Shown here: positions 37,607 to 47,992 of the stretch, piece after piece
How positions within the stretch are numbered: position 1 is the stretch's first letter
How the letters are laid out: each line of letters begins with the position of its first letter
Assembly (NCBI GenBank): GCA_025929365.1
Contig: JAICMG010000002.1
Span: 1,438 to 65,437 of the forward strand
Direction of reading: 5' to 3'
DNA: 64,000 bases
Origin: Frankiaceae bacterium
GTDB lineage: Bacteria; Actinomycetota; Actinomycetes; JAFAQI01
Program-made: the position numbers and the translations under genes
The notes under the pieces: model-generated
Seen by the model: the letters and a program-made list of their open reading frames with translations, nothing else
What the model was told of the DNA's origin: nothing
Database searches by the model: none

Positions 37607-40600
37607 CTAGCCGGCGCGTGTCACCGAGTCCGACACCGGTCCGCGCTGTCGGGGAACGGCGGGCGTCGAGGTCGCGAGCGACACTGCGGGTTGTGGGCGG
37701 CCGATGGCGTAGCCCTGGGCGTAGGTGACGCCGAGCTCCTCGAGAACCCGCAGCGTGCGGTCCTCCTCGACGAACTCCGCGACGGTCTCGAGCCCGAGCG
37801 ACCCGGCGATCTGCACGAGGGCTCGCACGACATGCTGGTCGTGCGCGGAGTCCGCGATCTGGCGGATGAACTCGCCATCGATCTTCAGTGAGTCGAACGG
37901 CAGGTGCTTGAGGTAGTAGAACGACCCGAACCCGGCACCGAAGTCATCGAGCGACAGACCGCATCCGCTCGCCCGCACCATCGCTGCGAATCGCTGCGCC
38001 TGCGCCATGTCGGCGATCGCGCTGGTCTCGGTGATCTCGAACGTGACGCAGCTGCCCGGCACGTCCCGTTGTGACAGCTCGGCGCGGACCACGTCGAGGA
38101 TCGCGGGGTCGGCAACGGATGCGCCCGACAGGTTGATCTGGATGTCGCACGGGCGCCCGGCCGCGAGCTCGGAGCGAACCAGCCGGAAGGCGGCGTGCGT
38201 CACCCAGGTGTCGATGTCGCCGATCAGCCCTACTTGCTCCGCCACGGCGAGGAACTGTGCCGGGGGGATGACGGTGTCTGTGCCGGCCAACCGCAGCAGC
38301 AGCTCGTGCCGGGTGACCTTGCGGGTCGCGAGCTCAAGGATCGGCTGCGCCCACAGCTCGAAGTTGTCGTTCTCGAGCGCGTGGCGAATCTGCTCGACCC
38401 AGGACTGCCGCGTCTGCATCCGCTCCTGCCCGCTGCGGTCGCCGTTCGCGACGGCGACCCGGTTGCGACCGTTGTCCTTCGCGTCGTAGAGCGCAACGTC
38501 TGCCTCGACGAGCAGCGACTCGGTGGTCACGCTTGTGGTCCCGTCGAACGCGGCGACACCGGCGCTCGCGTTCACCCGGATCATCCTGCCATTCGCATCG
38601 GGCACGATCGTCGTGAGCGCGACCGCTCCGATCAGCTCCCGAGCGATGGCGACCGCGGCCTGTTCGTCGCAGTCCGGCAGGATCATCGCGAACTCGTCAC
38701 CACCGAGCCGCGCGAGCGTGTCGCCCGTGCGCAACCGATCCCGCAGAGCGGCGGCAACGCTGCGGAGGACGGTGTCACCGAGCGCGTGCCCGCGGGTGTC
38801 GTTGATCATCTTGAAGTTGTCGAGATCGATCAGGACGAGCGCATACCGGCGCCCGTCTCGCTTGGCTTCCGTGATGCTGTTGGCGACCGCGTGCTGCAGA
38901 CAGCGACGGTTGAGCAGGCCGGTGAGTGGGTCGTGATCGGCGAGATGAACCAGCTGCGCCTGCGTCGTGGCGAGCTGGTCGCGGGTGCGGTCCAACGCTT
39001 CGCTCGCGACGTGGATGCGGTCCTGCATCGTGTTGAAGTGCCGCGCCATCGTCCCCAGCTCGTCCCGGGTCCGTACGGCGACCGGCTGGGCGTGTGGCTG
39101 TGTCCGGGCCTCGTCGAGGCGGCCCTCACCGAGAGCCACCATCGCCTGTGTGAGGTCCGGCAGCGTGTGCTCGGCGAGGGAGCGGGCGGCCTCGCCCACC
39201 TCGGTGACCAGATGGCTGATGATGCCGGGCAGCACCAACCCGACCGAGACCGTCAGCAGCGCGACCGCGACGAAGATGTCCTGCAGCGCGGTGACGAGGG
39301 CAACCTCGTGCGCGGGCACGTGATGCACGGCCAGCAGGTATCCGGCGCCGTCGAGGGCGATCACGCCGATCATCGCGCCGGACAGCTTCGCGTGCAGCGA
39401 CAGCCGATGCGGTCTCGGCAGTCCGACCCGGACGCGGTCGCTGTGACGTCGCCACGCAAATGCCAACGATCCGCTGTAGGCGAGCACGAGACCGAGCAGG
39501 ACGTAGGTCAGGCCGAACTGCTCGAAACCGAACACCGTCGACGCGGCCCAGAACGCCGCAGCGACGAGACCGAGTCCGATCGTCCCGCGTGGCGCCCGCC
39601 ATGGACGCTCGCGGTCGGGCTCGTTGCGGCGCAGCAGCCAGGCCGCGATGGAGGGTAGGCAGATGCCGATCAGGTAGGTGAAGTTCGCGGCCGCGATGAT
39701 GCTCGGCGGGTCGTCGCTCAACAGGAACGCGATCGCCATTCCGGCGGTCAGCAGGGTCGCGACGTACGGCGCGTCGTGGCGGTTGCGCTTCGACAGTGAG
39801 CGCGGGAGCAGTCCGTCGTCGGCGAGCTGGGACAGCGTCCGCGCTGCTCCCGCGACCGGTTGCAATGTGCCGTGCAACATGTTCGAGACCATGAACCAGA
39901 CCGCGAAGGTCTTGCCCGCGACCCCGAACACCGGCGCGAACGTCGGGCCCAGCGCGCTCGCCAGATCCCCTTCGAGGGGATGCGCCCCGAGGACGCCCAA
40001 CCAGATGACCGGGACGACGAGGAAGTAGAGCGTCGCCATTCCCGCCGCACCGAACATGGCGCGGGGGAGGGCGCGCGCCGGGTCGCGCATCTCGCCCACG
40101 TGGCAGGCGGCGGCCTCGAACGCGGGCGCGGCGAAGCCGATCAGGTAGAGACCGGCCATCGTGCTCGTCAGGGCGCCGAACGCACCATGAAACGGCGTCT
40201 GCAAGTGCCACGACGCCGCCCGGTGCCAGTCGACGTGGCCGGTGAGCACCGGGATCAGCGTCGAGCCGAGCGCCAACGCGGCGGAGGCCGCCCCGATCGT
40301 CACCGCCGTGCGGGTGGCCACCTTGATGCCGCGCAGGTTCAGCAGCGCGAACGTCGCGACGATGAGGCTTGCGAGCAGATGCACAGGCACCATCGGCAGG
40401 TACCAGCTGTGGATCGCTTCACTGGCGAGAATCGCGGTCAGGCCGCAGGTCGGGATCCAGCCCCACCAGTACGACACGCCGGTGAGGTTGGCGAGCACCG
40501 GGCTGTACGGCCGGAAGGCCTCGGCGCAGGTGGCCGCGATCCCGCCGACGCGATTCGGCCACATGCAGACAAGCTCGGTCCAGCCGGGCAGGGCGGCCCA

Positions 40601-40777
40601 TGCGAGGAGCAGGCCGAAGATCAGCAGCGGGACGGCTGCAGTGCCCTGGGTGAGGAACAGCGCACCGATGATGAACAGGCTCTGGTTGCTCCCGCCCATC
40701 GCGAGGGCGACCGTCTCGGTGACGCCGAGCACGCGCGGATGTGCGGCCGCGGCGTCGACGTCCGGGCTTGCGGACAC
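37607..40777 (-). CDS. APC-superfamily permease-like membrane domain fused to HAMP-GGDEF-EAL (c-di-GMP cyclase/phosphodiesterase)
   Basis: N-terminal 12-TM region with an APC signature (ELVCMWPNRVGGIAATCAEAF). GGDEF with RLGGDEF. EAL with ELWAQPIL...DDFGAG. Confidence 0.75.
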   Translation of the reverse strand: MSASPDVDAAAAHPRVLGVTETVALAMGGSNQSLFIIGALFLTQGTAAVPLLIFGLLLAWAALPGWTELVCMWPNRVGGIAATCAEAFRPYSPVLANLTGVSYWWGWIPTCGLTAILASEAIHSWYLPMVPVHLLASLIVATFALLNLRGIKVATRTAVTIGAASAALALGSTLIPVLTGHVDWHRAASWHLQTPFHGAFGALTSTMAGLYLIGFAAPAFEAAACHVGEMRDPARALPRAMFGAAGMATLYFLVVPVIWLGVLGAHPLEGDLASALGPTFAPVFGVAGKTFAVWFMVSNMLHGTLQPVAGAARTLSQLADDGLLPRSLSKRNRHDAPYVATLLTAGMAIAFLLSDDPPSIIAAANFTYLIGICLPSIAAWLLRRNEPDRERPWRAPRGTIGLGLVAAAFWAASTVFGFEQFGLTYVLLGLVLAYSGSLAFAWRRHSDRVRVGLPRPHRLSLHAKLSGAMIGVIALDGAGYLLAVHHVPAHEVALVTALQDIFVAVALLTVSVGLVLPGIISHLVTEVGEAARSLAEHTLPDLTQAMVALGEGRLDEARTQPHAQPVAVRTRDELGTMARHFNTMQDRIHVASEALDRTRDQLATTQAQLVHLADHDPLTGLLNRRCLQHAVANSITEAKRDGRRYALVLIDLDNFKMINDTRGHALGDTVLRSVAAALRDRLRTGDTLARLGGDEFAMILPDCDEQAAVAIARELIGAVALTTIVPDANGRMIRVNASAGVAAFDGTTSVTTESLLVEADVALYDAKDNGRNRVAVANGDRSGQERMQTRQSWVEQIRHALENDNFELWAQPILELATRKVTRHELLLRLAGTDTVIPPAQFLAVAEQVGLIGDIDTWVTHAAFRLVRSELAAGRPCDIQINLSGASVADPAILDVVRAELSQRDVPGSCVTFEITETSAIADMAQAQRFAAMVRASGCGLSLDDFGAGFGSFYYLKHLPFDSLKIDGEFIRQIADSAHDQHVVRALVQIAGSLGLETVAEFVEEDRTLRVLEELGVTYAQGYAIGRPQPAVSLATSTPAVPRQRGPVSDSVTRAG

Positions 40778-40822
40778 ATCGTCTGGTCGGCCGGGCGGTG
40801 CGAGTTGTTAGCGCAGTGCCGC

Positions 40823-42715
40823 CTAGTAGTAGTCGAGCTCGATCGTCGTGCCCTTGGGCTGCTTGCCGGTGGGGCTCTCCCGGAAGACGGTCTGCGGACC
40901 GCCTGGAGCGAACTGCTTCGGGTCGGCGTGGAACCCGGCCGCCGCAATCTCCCGAATCGCGTCGCCTAGTGGCTTATCGACGACGTTGGGTACGTCGTAC
41001 AGCTTTGGCCCCTCCGAGACGACCAGGGTGACGGTGTCCCCGGCGTGCGCCGTGCTGCCGGGCTTCGGGTGGGTCGTGATCGCCTGTCCGCGGGGAACCG
41101 TCGAGCTGAACTTCTGGACCGGTTGCACGTGGAGGCCGAGTGCCTGCAGGTTGCTGGTCGCGTCGGCTTCGTTCTCGCCGGCGACCCCCGGGATGGTGAC
41201 CGGCTTGGCGCCCTTGCTCACATAGAGCACCACGCTGGACCCGGCGTCGACCACCGTCCCGGACGGCGGATTCGTCTTGACGACGTCGCCCTTCGTGACA
41301 TCGACGCTGTAGACGTTCGCCTGTCGGCTCACGCTGATGCCGAGGTCGCTGAGTGCGTTCGTCGCGGTGGTGACCGACGTACCGACAAGGGACGGAATGG
41401 TGTGCCTCGCCGGGCCCAGTGACATCCGAAGCGTGACAGTGCCGCCGTGGGAGATCCGATCGCCGCCGGCTGGAGTCTCGCGCGCCACCTCGTCCTTGGC
41501 GTAGCGGATGCTGTGGATCGGCGCGAGGTATCGGACGTGCAGGCCGGCGTCGTTCAGCGCGGCCTCCGCCGCCTGTCGTGTCTCGCCCAGCAGCTTCGGG
41601 GTGTGGGTGTAGCGCCCGTCGGCGAACCACCAGCCGAGGATGGCCGCCGCGATGACGGCGAGCGCGACGATGCCGGCCACGAGGGGGCCGCGCCGGCCGA
41701 AGCGCAGGATGCCGCCGCGCCGTCGGGGGCGGGCCGGGGGAGTGGCGGCAGCGGCGGGGGCGGCGGGCGGGACGACGGCGTGCGTGACGGCGTCGGTCGG
41801 TGCGGGACCGTCGTCGGTGATCGGCGTCGTCAGCGTCACGGGCAGGCCGGGCACGGCCGCGTGCAGTCCGAGCTTGTCGCGCACATCGACCAGCGATGCG
41901 TGGAGCTCGCCGGCGTCCGCGGGCCGCTGTGCGGGGTCACGAGAGGTCGCCCAGGTGACGAGTGCATCGACCTGTGGCGGGATGCCCGCGGCCCGGGTGC
42001 TCGGCGCCGGGATGTCCTCGTACGCATGCTTGTGCAACACGGCGTACGCGCTGTCGCCGGTGAACGGCACCCCGCCGGTCAGCAGCTCGAACATCACGAC
42101 GCCTGCGGAGTAGACGTCGGAGCGCTCGTCGGCGGTGCCGTGCTGGAACTGCTCCGGGGCGAGGTAGGCCGCTGTGCCGAAAAGGACCGAGCCGGTCGTG
42201 GTGACCGTGCTGCCCGCAACGGCTCGAGCGAGGCCGAAGTCGGCGACCTTGACCCGGCCGTCGGCGGTGATGAGGACGTTCTCCGGCTTGATGTCGCGAT
42301 GCACGAGCCCGGCGTTGTGCGCGACCGCGAGCGCGGCCAGCACGTGATCCATGACGGTGAGGGTCTCGGCAGGGGACAGCGTCCCCCGGTCGCGGAGCAC
42401 TTGGCGCAGCGTCGAGCCGGGAACGTACTCCATGACGAGGAACGGCCGGTCCGCGTCGGTGCCCTGGTCGTAGACCGCGACGACGTTGGGGTGCGACAGG
42501 CGGGCGGCGGCCCGGGCCTCGCGCTGGAACCGGGCGAGGGTCTCGCGGTCTCCCGCGAGGTGGGCGTGGAGCACCTTGACCGCAACCCGCCGCTCGAGGC
42601 GGGTGTCAGTGGCGAGATACACGGAGGCCATGCCGCCGTGGGCGATGAAGGAGTCGACGGCGTACCGGCCGTCGAGCAGCCGACCGACCATCGGGTCGCT
42701 CAGCGTGGAATCCAT
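40823..42715 (-). CDS. Ser/Thr protein kinase with extracellular PASTA repeats (PknB/PknL-like)
   Basis: Kinase subdomains (VAVKVL, HRDIKPEN, DFGLA). TM. Four PASTA-like repeats. Start taken at the internal MDSTLSD. Confidence 0.85.
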   Translation of the reverse strand: MDSTLSDPMVGRLLDGRYAVDSFIAHGGMASVYLATDTRLERRVAVKVLHAHLAGDRETLARFQREARAAARLSHPNVVAVYDQGTDADRPFLVMEYVPGSTLRQVLRDRGTLSPAETLTVMDHVLAALAVAHNAGLVHRDIKPENVLITADGRVKVADFGLARAVAGSTVTTTGSVLFGTAAYLAPEQFQHGTADERSDVYSAGVVMFELLTGGVPFTGDSAYAVLHKHAYEDIPAPSTRAAGIPPQVDALVTWATSRDPAQRPADAGELHASLVDVRDKLGLHAAVPGLPVTLTTPITDDGPAPTDAVTHAVVPPAAPAAAATPPARPRRRGGILRFGRRGPLVAGIVALAVIAAAILGWWFADGRYTHTPKLLGETRQAAEAALNDAGLHVRYLAPIHSIRYAKDEVARETPAGGDRISHGGTVTLRMSLGPARHTIPSLVGTSVTTATNALSDLGISVSRQANVYSVDVTKGDVVKTNPPSGTVVDAGSSVVLYVSKGAKPVTIPGVAGENEADATSNLQALGLHVQPVQKFSSTVPRGQAITTHPKPGSTAHAGDTVTLVVSEGPKLYDVPNVVDKPLGDAIREIAAAGFHADPKQFAPGGPQTVFRESPTGKQPKGTTIELDYY

Positions 42716-42785
42716 CACGAAGAGTCTATGAGGAGGATCGCGCTGAACCCTGCTGCCGCCGCGGGAGGGAAGCGCGCCGCCCCCG

Positions 42786-43667
42786 CTAGAAAGTGGCTCG
42801 CAGGGCCATGACGTTTGCCACGTACTGCTTGGTCGACGGGTACATGCCGTGCGCCCGAACCGATCCCAGCCCCTGGTAGTAGCCGGCGACCGCCTGGCGG
42901 ACGGACTTCGCCTCGTGCGTGAGGACCGACAGCAGTGCGACACCAGCGGTGATGTTGTCGGAGGCGTCGTACAGGTCGAGATTGCGGTGGACCACTTCCG
43001 AGGACAGGTACGCCCCCGTGTACGGCATCACCTGCATGGTGCCGATGGCGCCGACCGGCGAGACCTCACGCATGTTGAAGCCAGACTCCTGCCAGGAGAT
43101 CGCGAGCGCGAGGCGGGGATCGAGATGCCAGCGTCCGGAGATCTTGCGGATCATGCGGGAGACCTGGTCGCGCGACGGCTCGCGGCGGTGCTCGAGGTAA
43201 CGGCGTTCCCGCGCGATGGACGCGGCGACGCGAGGCGCATGCCGCTGCACTCGCTGCGGAATCGCGAGCCGCTCACCCAGGACGATGACGAGCGAGGCCG
43301 GCAGGTGGTTGCGCCGCGCGATCGTCTTCGGCTTCACGTGGTAGCGCTGAGCCAGCCCGTCAAGGGTGTCGCCGACGACGACGGTGTGCCACGCGGTGAC
43401 GACATGGCCACGCCTGTGGTGTGAGCGGTGGTGCGGCGAGCCGTGGCCGGTCGGGATGCGAAGCGTCTGACCGGCGTAGATGAGGTCGCCGTTGCCCGGC
43501 AGGTCGTTGAGCGCGACCAGCCGGGTGACCGTCGTGTGGTACCTCGCGGCGATCGCCGAGAGCGTGTCACCGGACTGGATCCGGATCAGGGTGATCCCGG
43601 ACGCGGACGCGGTGACGACGACGGCCAGTGCGAGCAACAGCGGAAGCGAGCGATGCGGCAGCTTCAC
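42786..43667 (-). CDS. lytic transglycosylase (SLT domain) with two LysM domains
   Basis: GTG start after GGGAG. Signal/TM. Two LysM (DTLSAIAARY, DTLDGLAQRY). SLT motif WQESGFN. Confidence 0.75.
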   Translation of the reverse strand: MKLPHRSLPLLLALAVVVTASASGITLIRIQSGDTLSAIAARYHTTVTRLVALNDLPGNGDLIYAGQTLRIPTGHGSPHHRSHHRRGHVVTAWHTVVVGDTLDGLAQRYHVKPKTIARRNHLPASLVIVLGERLAIPQRVQRHAPRVAASIARERRYLEHRREPSRDQVSRMIRKISGRWHLDPRLALAISWQESGFNMREVSPVGAIGTMQVMPYTGAYLSSEVVHRNLDLYDASDNITAGVALLSVLTHEAKSVRQAVAGYYQGLGSVRAHGMYPSTKQYVANVMALRATF

Positions 43668-43794
43668 GGGATGCAGCTCCCTGCAGGCGAAGGGAGGGCG
43701 CGGGTAAGGGACGCGCGGTGGGCGTCTGCGACCGTAGCGCGTCTGTGACTGGTGTGACAAATGTGACACGTGGGAATCTGGCACGATCTGTGCC

Positions 43795-44841
43795 ATGTCA
43801 GGTTCTCCGGCCGGCGGGACTCGTGGGGGTGCCGACACCGCCGACGACAGTCGATGGACCCTGCTCGCGCTGCCCCCGCTCGCCGCCGACATCCTGTCGA
43901 TGCTGTTCGCCGACGTACCGGTGAAGCTGCTCGTGCCCGCGGACCGAAGTCCGGGGGCAGCGCTCGAGCTGGCCGGCGCCGCCGACGTCGTCCTCGGCGA
44001 CTGGACCGCCTCGATCCGGATCTCCGCCGAGCTGCTCGCCGCCGCGCCCCGGCTGTCGTTCGTCCAGCAGCCGAGCGCCGGTGTCGACGCGATCGACGTC
44101 GACGCGTGTGCGGCGGCCGGCGTGGCGGTCGCCAATGCTGGTGACGCCAACGCGGTGAGCGTGGCGGAGTGGTGCGTCGGTGCCACGTTCGCGGCGATGC
44201 GCTCACTCGCGTACGGCGACCGGCAGATGCGAGCGGGCGCATGGCCACAGCTCGATCTGGCCAACCGTGGTGGCGGCGAGCTCACCGGCCGGCGAGTGGG
44301 GATCGTGGGGATGGGGCGGATCGGCCGTGAGGCCGCGGTGCGTTATGCCGCTCTCGGTTGCGACGTCGCCTACTGGAGCCGCTCCCAACGCGATGCCGCC
44401 CAGTCGGGTGGAGCGCGCTGGCTCCCGCTCGACGATCTGTTGCGCCATTCCGAGGTGCTCGTCGTGGTCATCGCGCTCGCGGACCAGACTCGCGGGCTGC
44501 TCGATGCGGACCGGCTGGCATTGCTGCCACAGGGCGGGTTCTTGGTCAATGCCGCCCGCGGCGGCATCGTCGACGAGGCGGCGTTGCTGGCGGCGGTGCA
44601 GTCGGGCGCGCTAGCGGGTGCGGCGCTGGACGTCTATGACACCGAGCCGTTGCCGGAACCGCATCCGTTTCGCGATGAGGAGCGGATCCTGCTGTCGCCG
44701 CATGCCGCGGGCGCGACGCGCCAGGCGCAGGCGAGGCTGATCGAGGGCATTGTCGCCAACATCCGTCGTGCCGTGACCGGCGAACCGGTGCTGTACGTCG
44801 TGAACGGAGTCGATCCCCTGATCAGGCGCCGGGGCGTTTGA
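43795..44841 (+). CDS. D-isomer-specific 2-hydroxyacid dehydrogenase family protein
   Basis: NAD-binding GIVGMGRIGREAA. Catalytic R...E...H pattern. Confidence 0.75.
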   Translation: MSGSPAGGTRGGADTADDSRWTLLALPPLAADILSMLFADVPVKLLVPADRSPGAALELAGAADVVLGDWTASIRISAELLAAAPRLSFVQQPSAGVDAIDVDACAAAGVAVANAGDANAVSVAEWCVGATFAAMRSLAYGDRQMRAGAWPQLDLANRGGGELTGRRVGIVGMGRIGREAAVRYAALGCDVAYWSRSQRDAAQSGGARWLPLDDLLRHSEVLVVVIALADQTRGLLDADRLALLPQGGFLVNAARGGIVDEAALLAAVQSGALAGAALDVYDTEPLPEPHPFRDEERILLSPHAAGATRQAQARLIEGIVANIRRAVTGEPVLYVVNGVDPLIRRRGV

Positions 44842-45696
44842 CGCTGACCACACCGTTCTCGACGTTGGTGGTGAAGCGGGGGGTCGGCGCGGTGGCCGGG
44901 CCGCGCACGACGGCCCCGTCGGCCAACCGGTACGTCGAGCCGTGCCACGGGCACACGATGCAGCCCTGGCCGCCCACAGCGACGAACGACCCCGCCGACA
45001 GCGGAGCGCCGAGATGCGGGCAGACGTCGGCGAGCACATCGACGTGGCTGCCGCGTCGTAGGACGAGCAGCTCGACGCCTTCGACCTCGCGCCGGGCCGG
45101 CACGCCGTCAGGAAGCTCGTCGAGGCGCGCGAGGGTGTGCCACCCGTCGGGGAAGCGCTGCAACGGCTCGGTTGCCCGCGAGACGCCTGCGGCCTGCCGG
45201 TAGGACAGGTGGGCACCGAGGTAGCCGGTGGCGGTCACGAAACCCAGGCCGGCGAAGGACCACGCGCGCCCTTGCCAGTGCCGGCCGCGCGCCCGCGCGG
45301 CGAGGGAGCTGAAGTAGCACGTGAAGGCCGTGGCCGCGAGCGCCGCATGGACCAACCCGACCCGTTGTCGCGGCTCGTCGAGCTCTGACCAGTCGGCCCA
45401 GCCGGCGGCGATGGTGGGCACATACGCCGCACACCCGGTCGCGATCAGCCCCGCGGCGGTCGGTCCGCCGCCGGGGGTGAGGTCAACGACGGCGGCGGCC
45501 GACCACATGCCGATCGGGATGTGCGTCAGCAGCGGATGCAGCGGATGGCCGAGCCACACCCCGTGAAGCGCGTCCCGGACCGGCCCGCGCTTGATCGCCG
45601 AGCGCACGATCGAGCGCACCGCGCCGACCACCGGATCGAGCCGCCGCGCGCTCTCCAGACGTACGACGGCATCAGGCACCTTGCTCGCTGTCGGCA

Positions 45697-45697
<1 letters not shown>
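44822..45697 (-). CDS. DUF2231-like membrane domain fused to C-terminal Rieske [2Fe-2S] domain protein
   Basis: CPHLGAPL and CPWHGS Rieske boxes at the C-terminus. Hydrophobic N-terminal half. Putative GTG overlaps the thiG stop (TAGTG). The start is uncertain. Confidence 0.55.
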
Positions 45698-46503
<806 letters not shown>

Positions 46504-46710
46504 TCAGCCTCCCTGCACCGCGGTGAGAACCTCGACCCGGTCGCCGGACGTGAGACGCCGCGCTGCCCAGTCGCGGCGAGGGATCACCTCGTCGTTCACC
46601 GCAACGGCGCACCCGGACCCGGTCGTGGCCAGAAGTGCGACAACCGCCGCAACACTGCTGTCGGCCGGCACGTCGCGGTCCTTCCCGTTGAGGGTGATGG
46701 TCGTGGTCAC
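46504..46710 (-). CDS. thiS: sulfur carrier protein ThiS
   Basis: 68 aa ending in GG. Confidence 0.8.
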   Translation of the reverse strand: MTTTITLNGKDRDVPADSSVAAVVALLATTGSGCAVAVNDEVIPRRDWAARRLTSGDRVEVLTAVQGG

Positions 46711-47858
46711 GCGCGGACCGCCACCGGCGAGAAGCGCTGCGGTGAGACGAGCGACGACAGCGCCGGGTCGGGCTCGGTGCCGGTGACGATGTCCGCGACC
46801 AGGTCGGCGGTCACCGGGGTGAGCAGGATGCCGTTGCGGTAATGCCCGGTGGCGAGCACCAGCCCGCGGAGCCCGGTGGTGCCGATCATCGGGCGGTTGT
46901 CGGGCGAGCCGGGTCGATGCGCGGCAATCGCCTCGACGAGCTCGAGCTCGTCGATCACCGGCAGCACCGCCCGCGCGTCCCGGAGCAGCTCACGTACGGC
47001 GCCGGCTCGAACCGTCGTGTCGAAGCCCATCTCCTCGACCGTCGCACCGACGACGAGCTCGCCGTCGCAGCGTGGAACGAGGTAGATCTCGCGACCGTTG
47101 ACGATCCCGCGGATGCTTCGGTTCGGCAGGTCTGCGGGGCCGCGGGTCCGCAGCCGCAGGATCTCGCCCTTCACGGGCCGCACCCTCGGCCGTATCTCCT
47201 CCGGCACGCCCTCGATGCCGGCTGACCACGGTCCGGCTGCGATCACGACGGTCGTGCAGGTGATGCGGCCGCCGCCTAGTAGCGTTGCTCCGCGCACTTC
47301 GCCGGCCTCGACCTCGACCGCGGCGACGCCGTCACGCACGAGCATCGCGGCGCCCTCGACGGCCTCGAGCAACGCGGCGGCGAGCTTGCGGTTGTCGATC
47401 GAGTGATCGCTGCGGGCGAGCAGGCCGCATCGCACATCAGGACTGAGATCCGGCTCGAGCTCGCGGCACTCGCGCGAGGTGAGGAGGTTGGCGTCGAGCC
47501 CGAGTGAGCGCTGGAAGTCGTGCAGGTCGGCGAGCATCGCGCGGTCGCCGGCGTCGGTGGCGACGACGAGCGTGCCCTCGGTGCGCAGCCCCACGTCGTG
47601 TCCGGTCGCGTGCTGCAGCTCCGCGACGAAGGAGGGGTATCGGTGCAGTGACTCGATGCCGAGCGCGAGCAGCGCTTCCTCGCCGTACCTAACTTCCGTC
47701 ACCGGCGCGAGCATCCCGGCGGCGGCATGTGACGCCGCGGACGCGGGGGACGGGTCGACGACCGCGACCGACCGGCCGCGCTGGGTGAGCCGCCATGCAG
47801 CCGCGAGCCCGATGGCGCCGGCGCCGACGACGACGACGTCGCGGTTCTCGCCTGGCAC
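46707..47858 (-). CDS. thiO: glycine oxidase (FAD-dependent)
   Basis: [11 protein letters not shown] Rossmann motif. Preferred GTG start after AAGGGAG. The listed ATG 21 nt upstream lies inside the thi-box. Confidence 0.75.
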   Translation of the reverse strand: MPGENRDVVVVGAGAIGLAAAWRLTQRGRSVAVVDPSPASAASHAAAGMLAPVTEVRYGEEALLALGIESLHRYPSFVAELQHATGHDVGLRTEGTLVVATDAGDRAMLADLHDFQRSLGLDANLLTSRECRELEPDLSPDVRCGLLARSDHSIDNRKLAAALLEAVEGAAMLVRDGVAAVEVEAGEVRGATLLGGGRITCTTVVIAAGPWSAGIEGVPEEIRPRVRPVKGEILRLRTRGPADLPNRSIRGIVNGREIYLVPRCDGELVVGATVEEMGFDTTVRAGAVRELLRDARAVLPVIDELELVEAIAAHRPGSPDNRPMIGTTGLRGLVLATGHYRNGILLTPVTADLVADIVTGTEPDPALSSLVSPQRFSPVAVRA

Positions 47859-47859
47859 A

Positions 47860-47965
47860 TCGGCTCCCTTCGCCGGCATTACCCGGATCAGGTCAACGGT
47901 CGGCGACTTGTGTCGCCCTCTCAGCCCTCGACTGGTCGGGCTCCCGTGCGACTCCCACCGTACGC
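47860..47965 (-). promoter_or_regulatory. TPP riboswitch (thi-box) in the thiOSG leader
   Basis: Minus strand reads ...GGGAGCCCGACC...CUGAGA...ACCUGAUCCGGGUAAUGCCGGCGAAGGGA, with the conserved CUGAGA and ACCUGAUC..GGUAAUGCC elements. Confidence 0.7.
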
Positions 47966-47992
47966 CGGTCGAGGCGCGCATAGGGTTGACCC

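Noticed and set aside
38195-39658. 487-aa plus-strand ORF inside the GGDEF-EAL gene (similarly 41447..42811 inside the kinase gene and 55537..56700 inside the crtD-like gene)
   Set aside because: GC-driven open antisense frames with no motifs.
43779-43797. Sigma-54 promoter interpretation of CTGGCACGATCTGTGCC
   Set aside because: Matches the -24/-12 consensus superficially, but Actinobacteria lack rpoN as far as is known. The element is a perfect palindrome, so an operator is more plausible.
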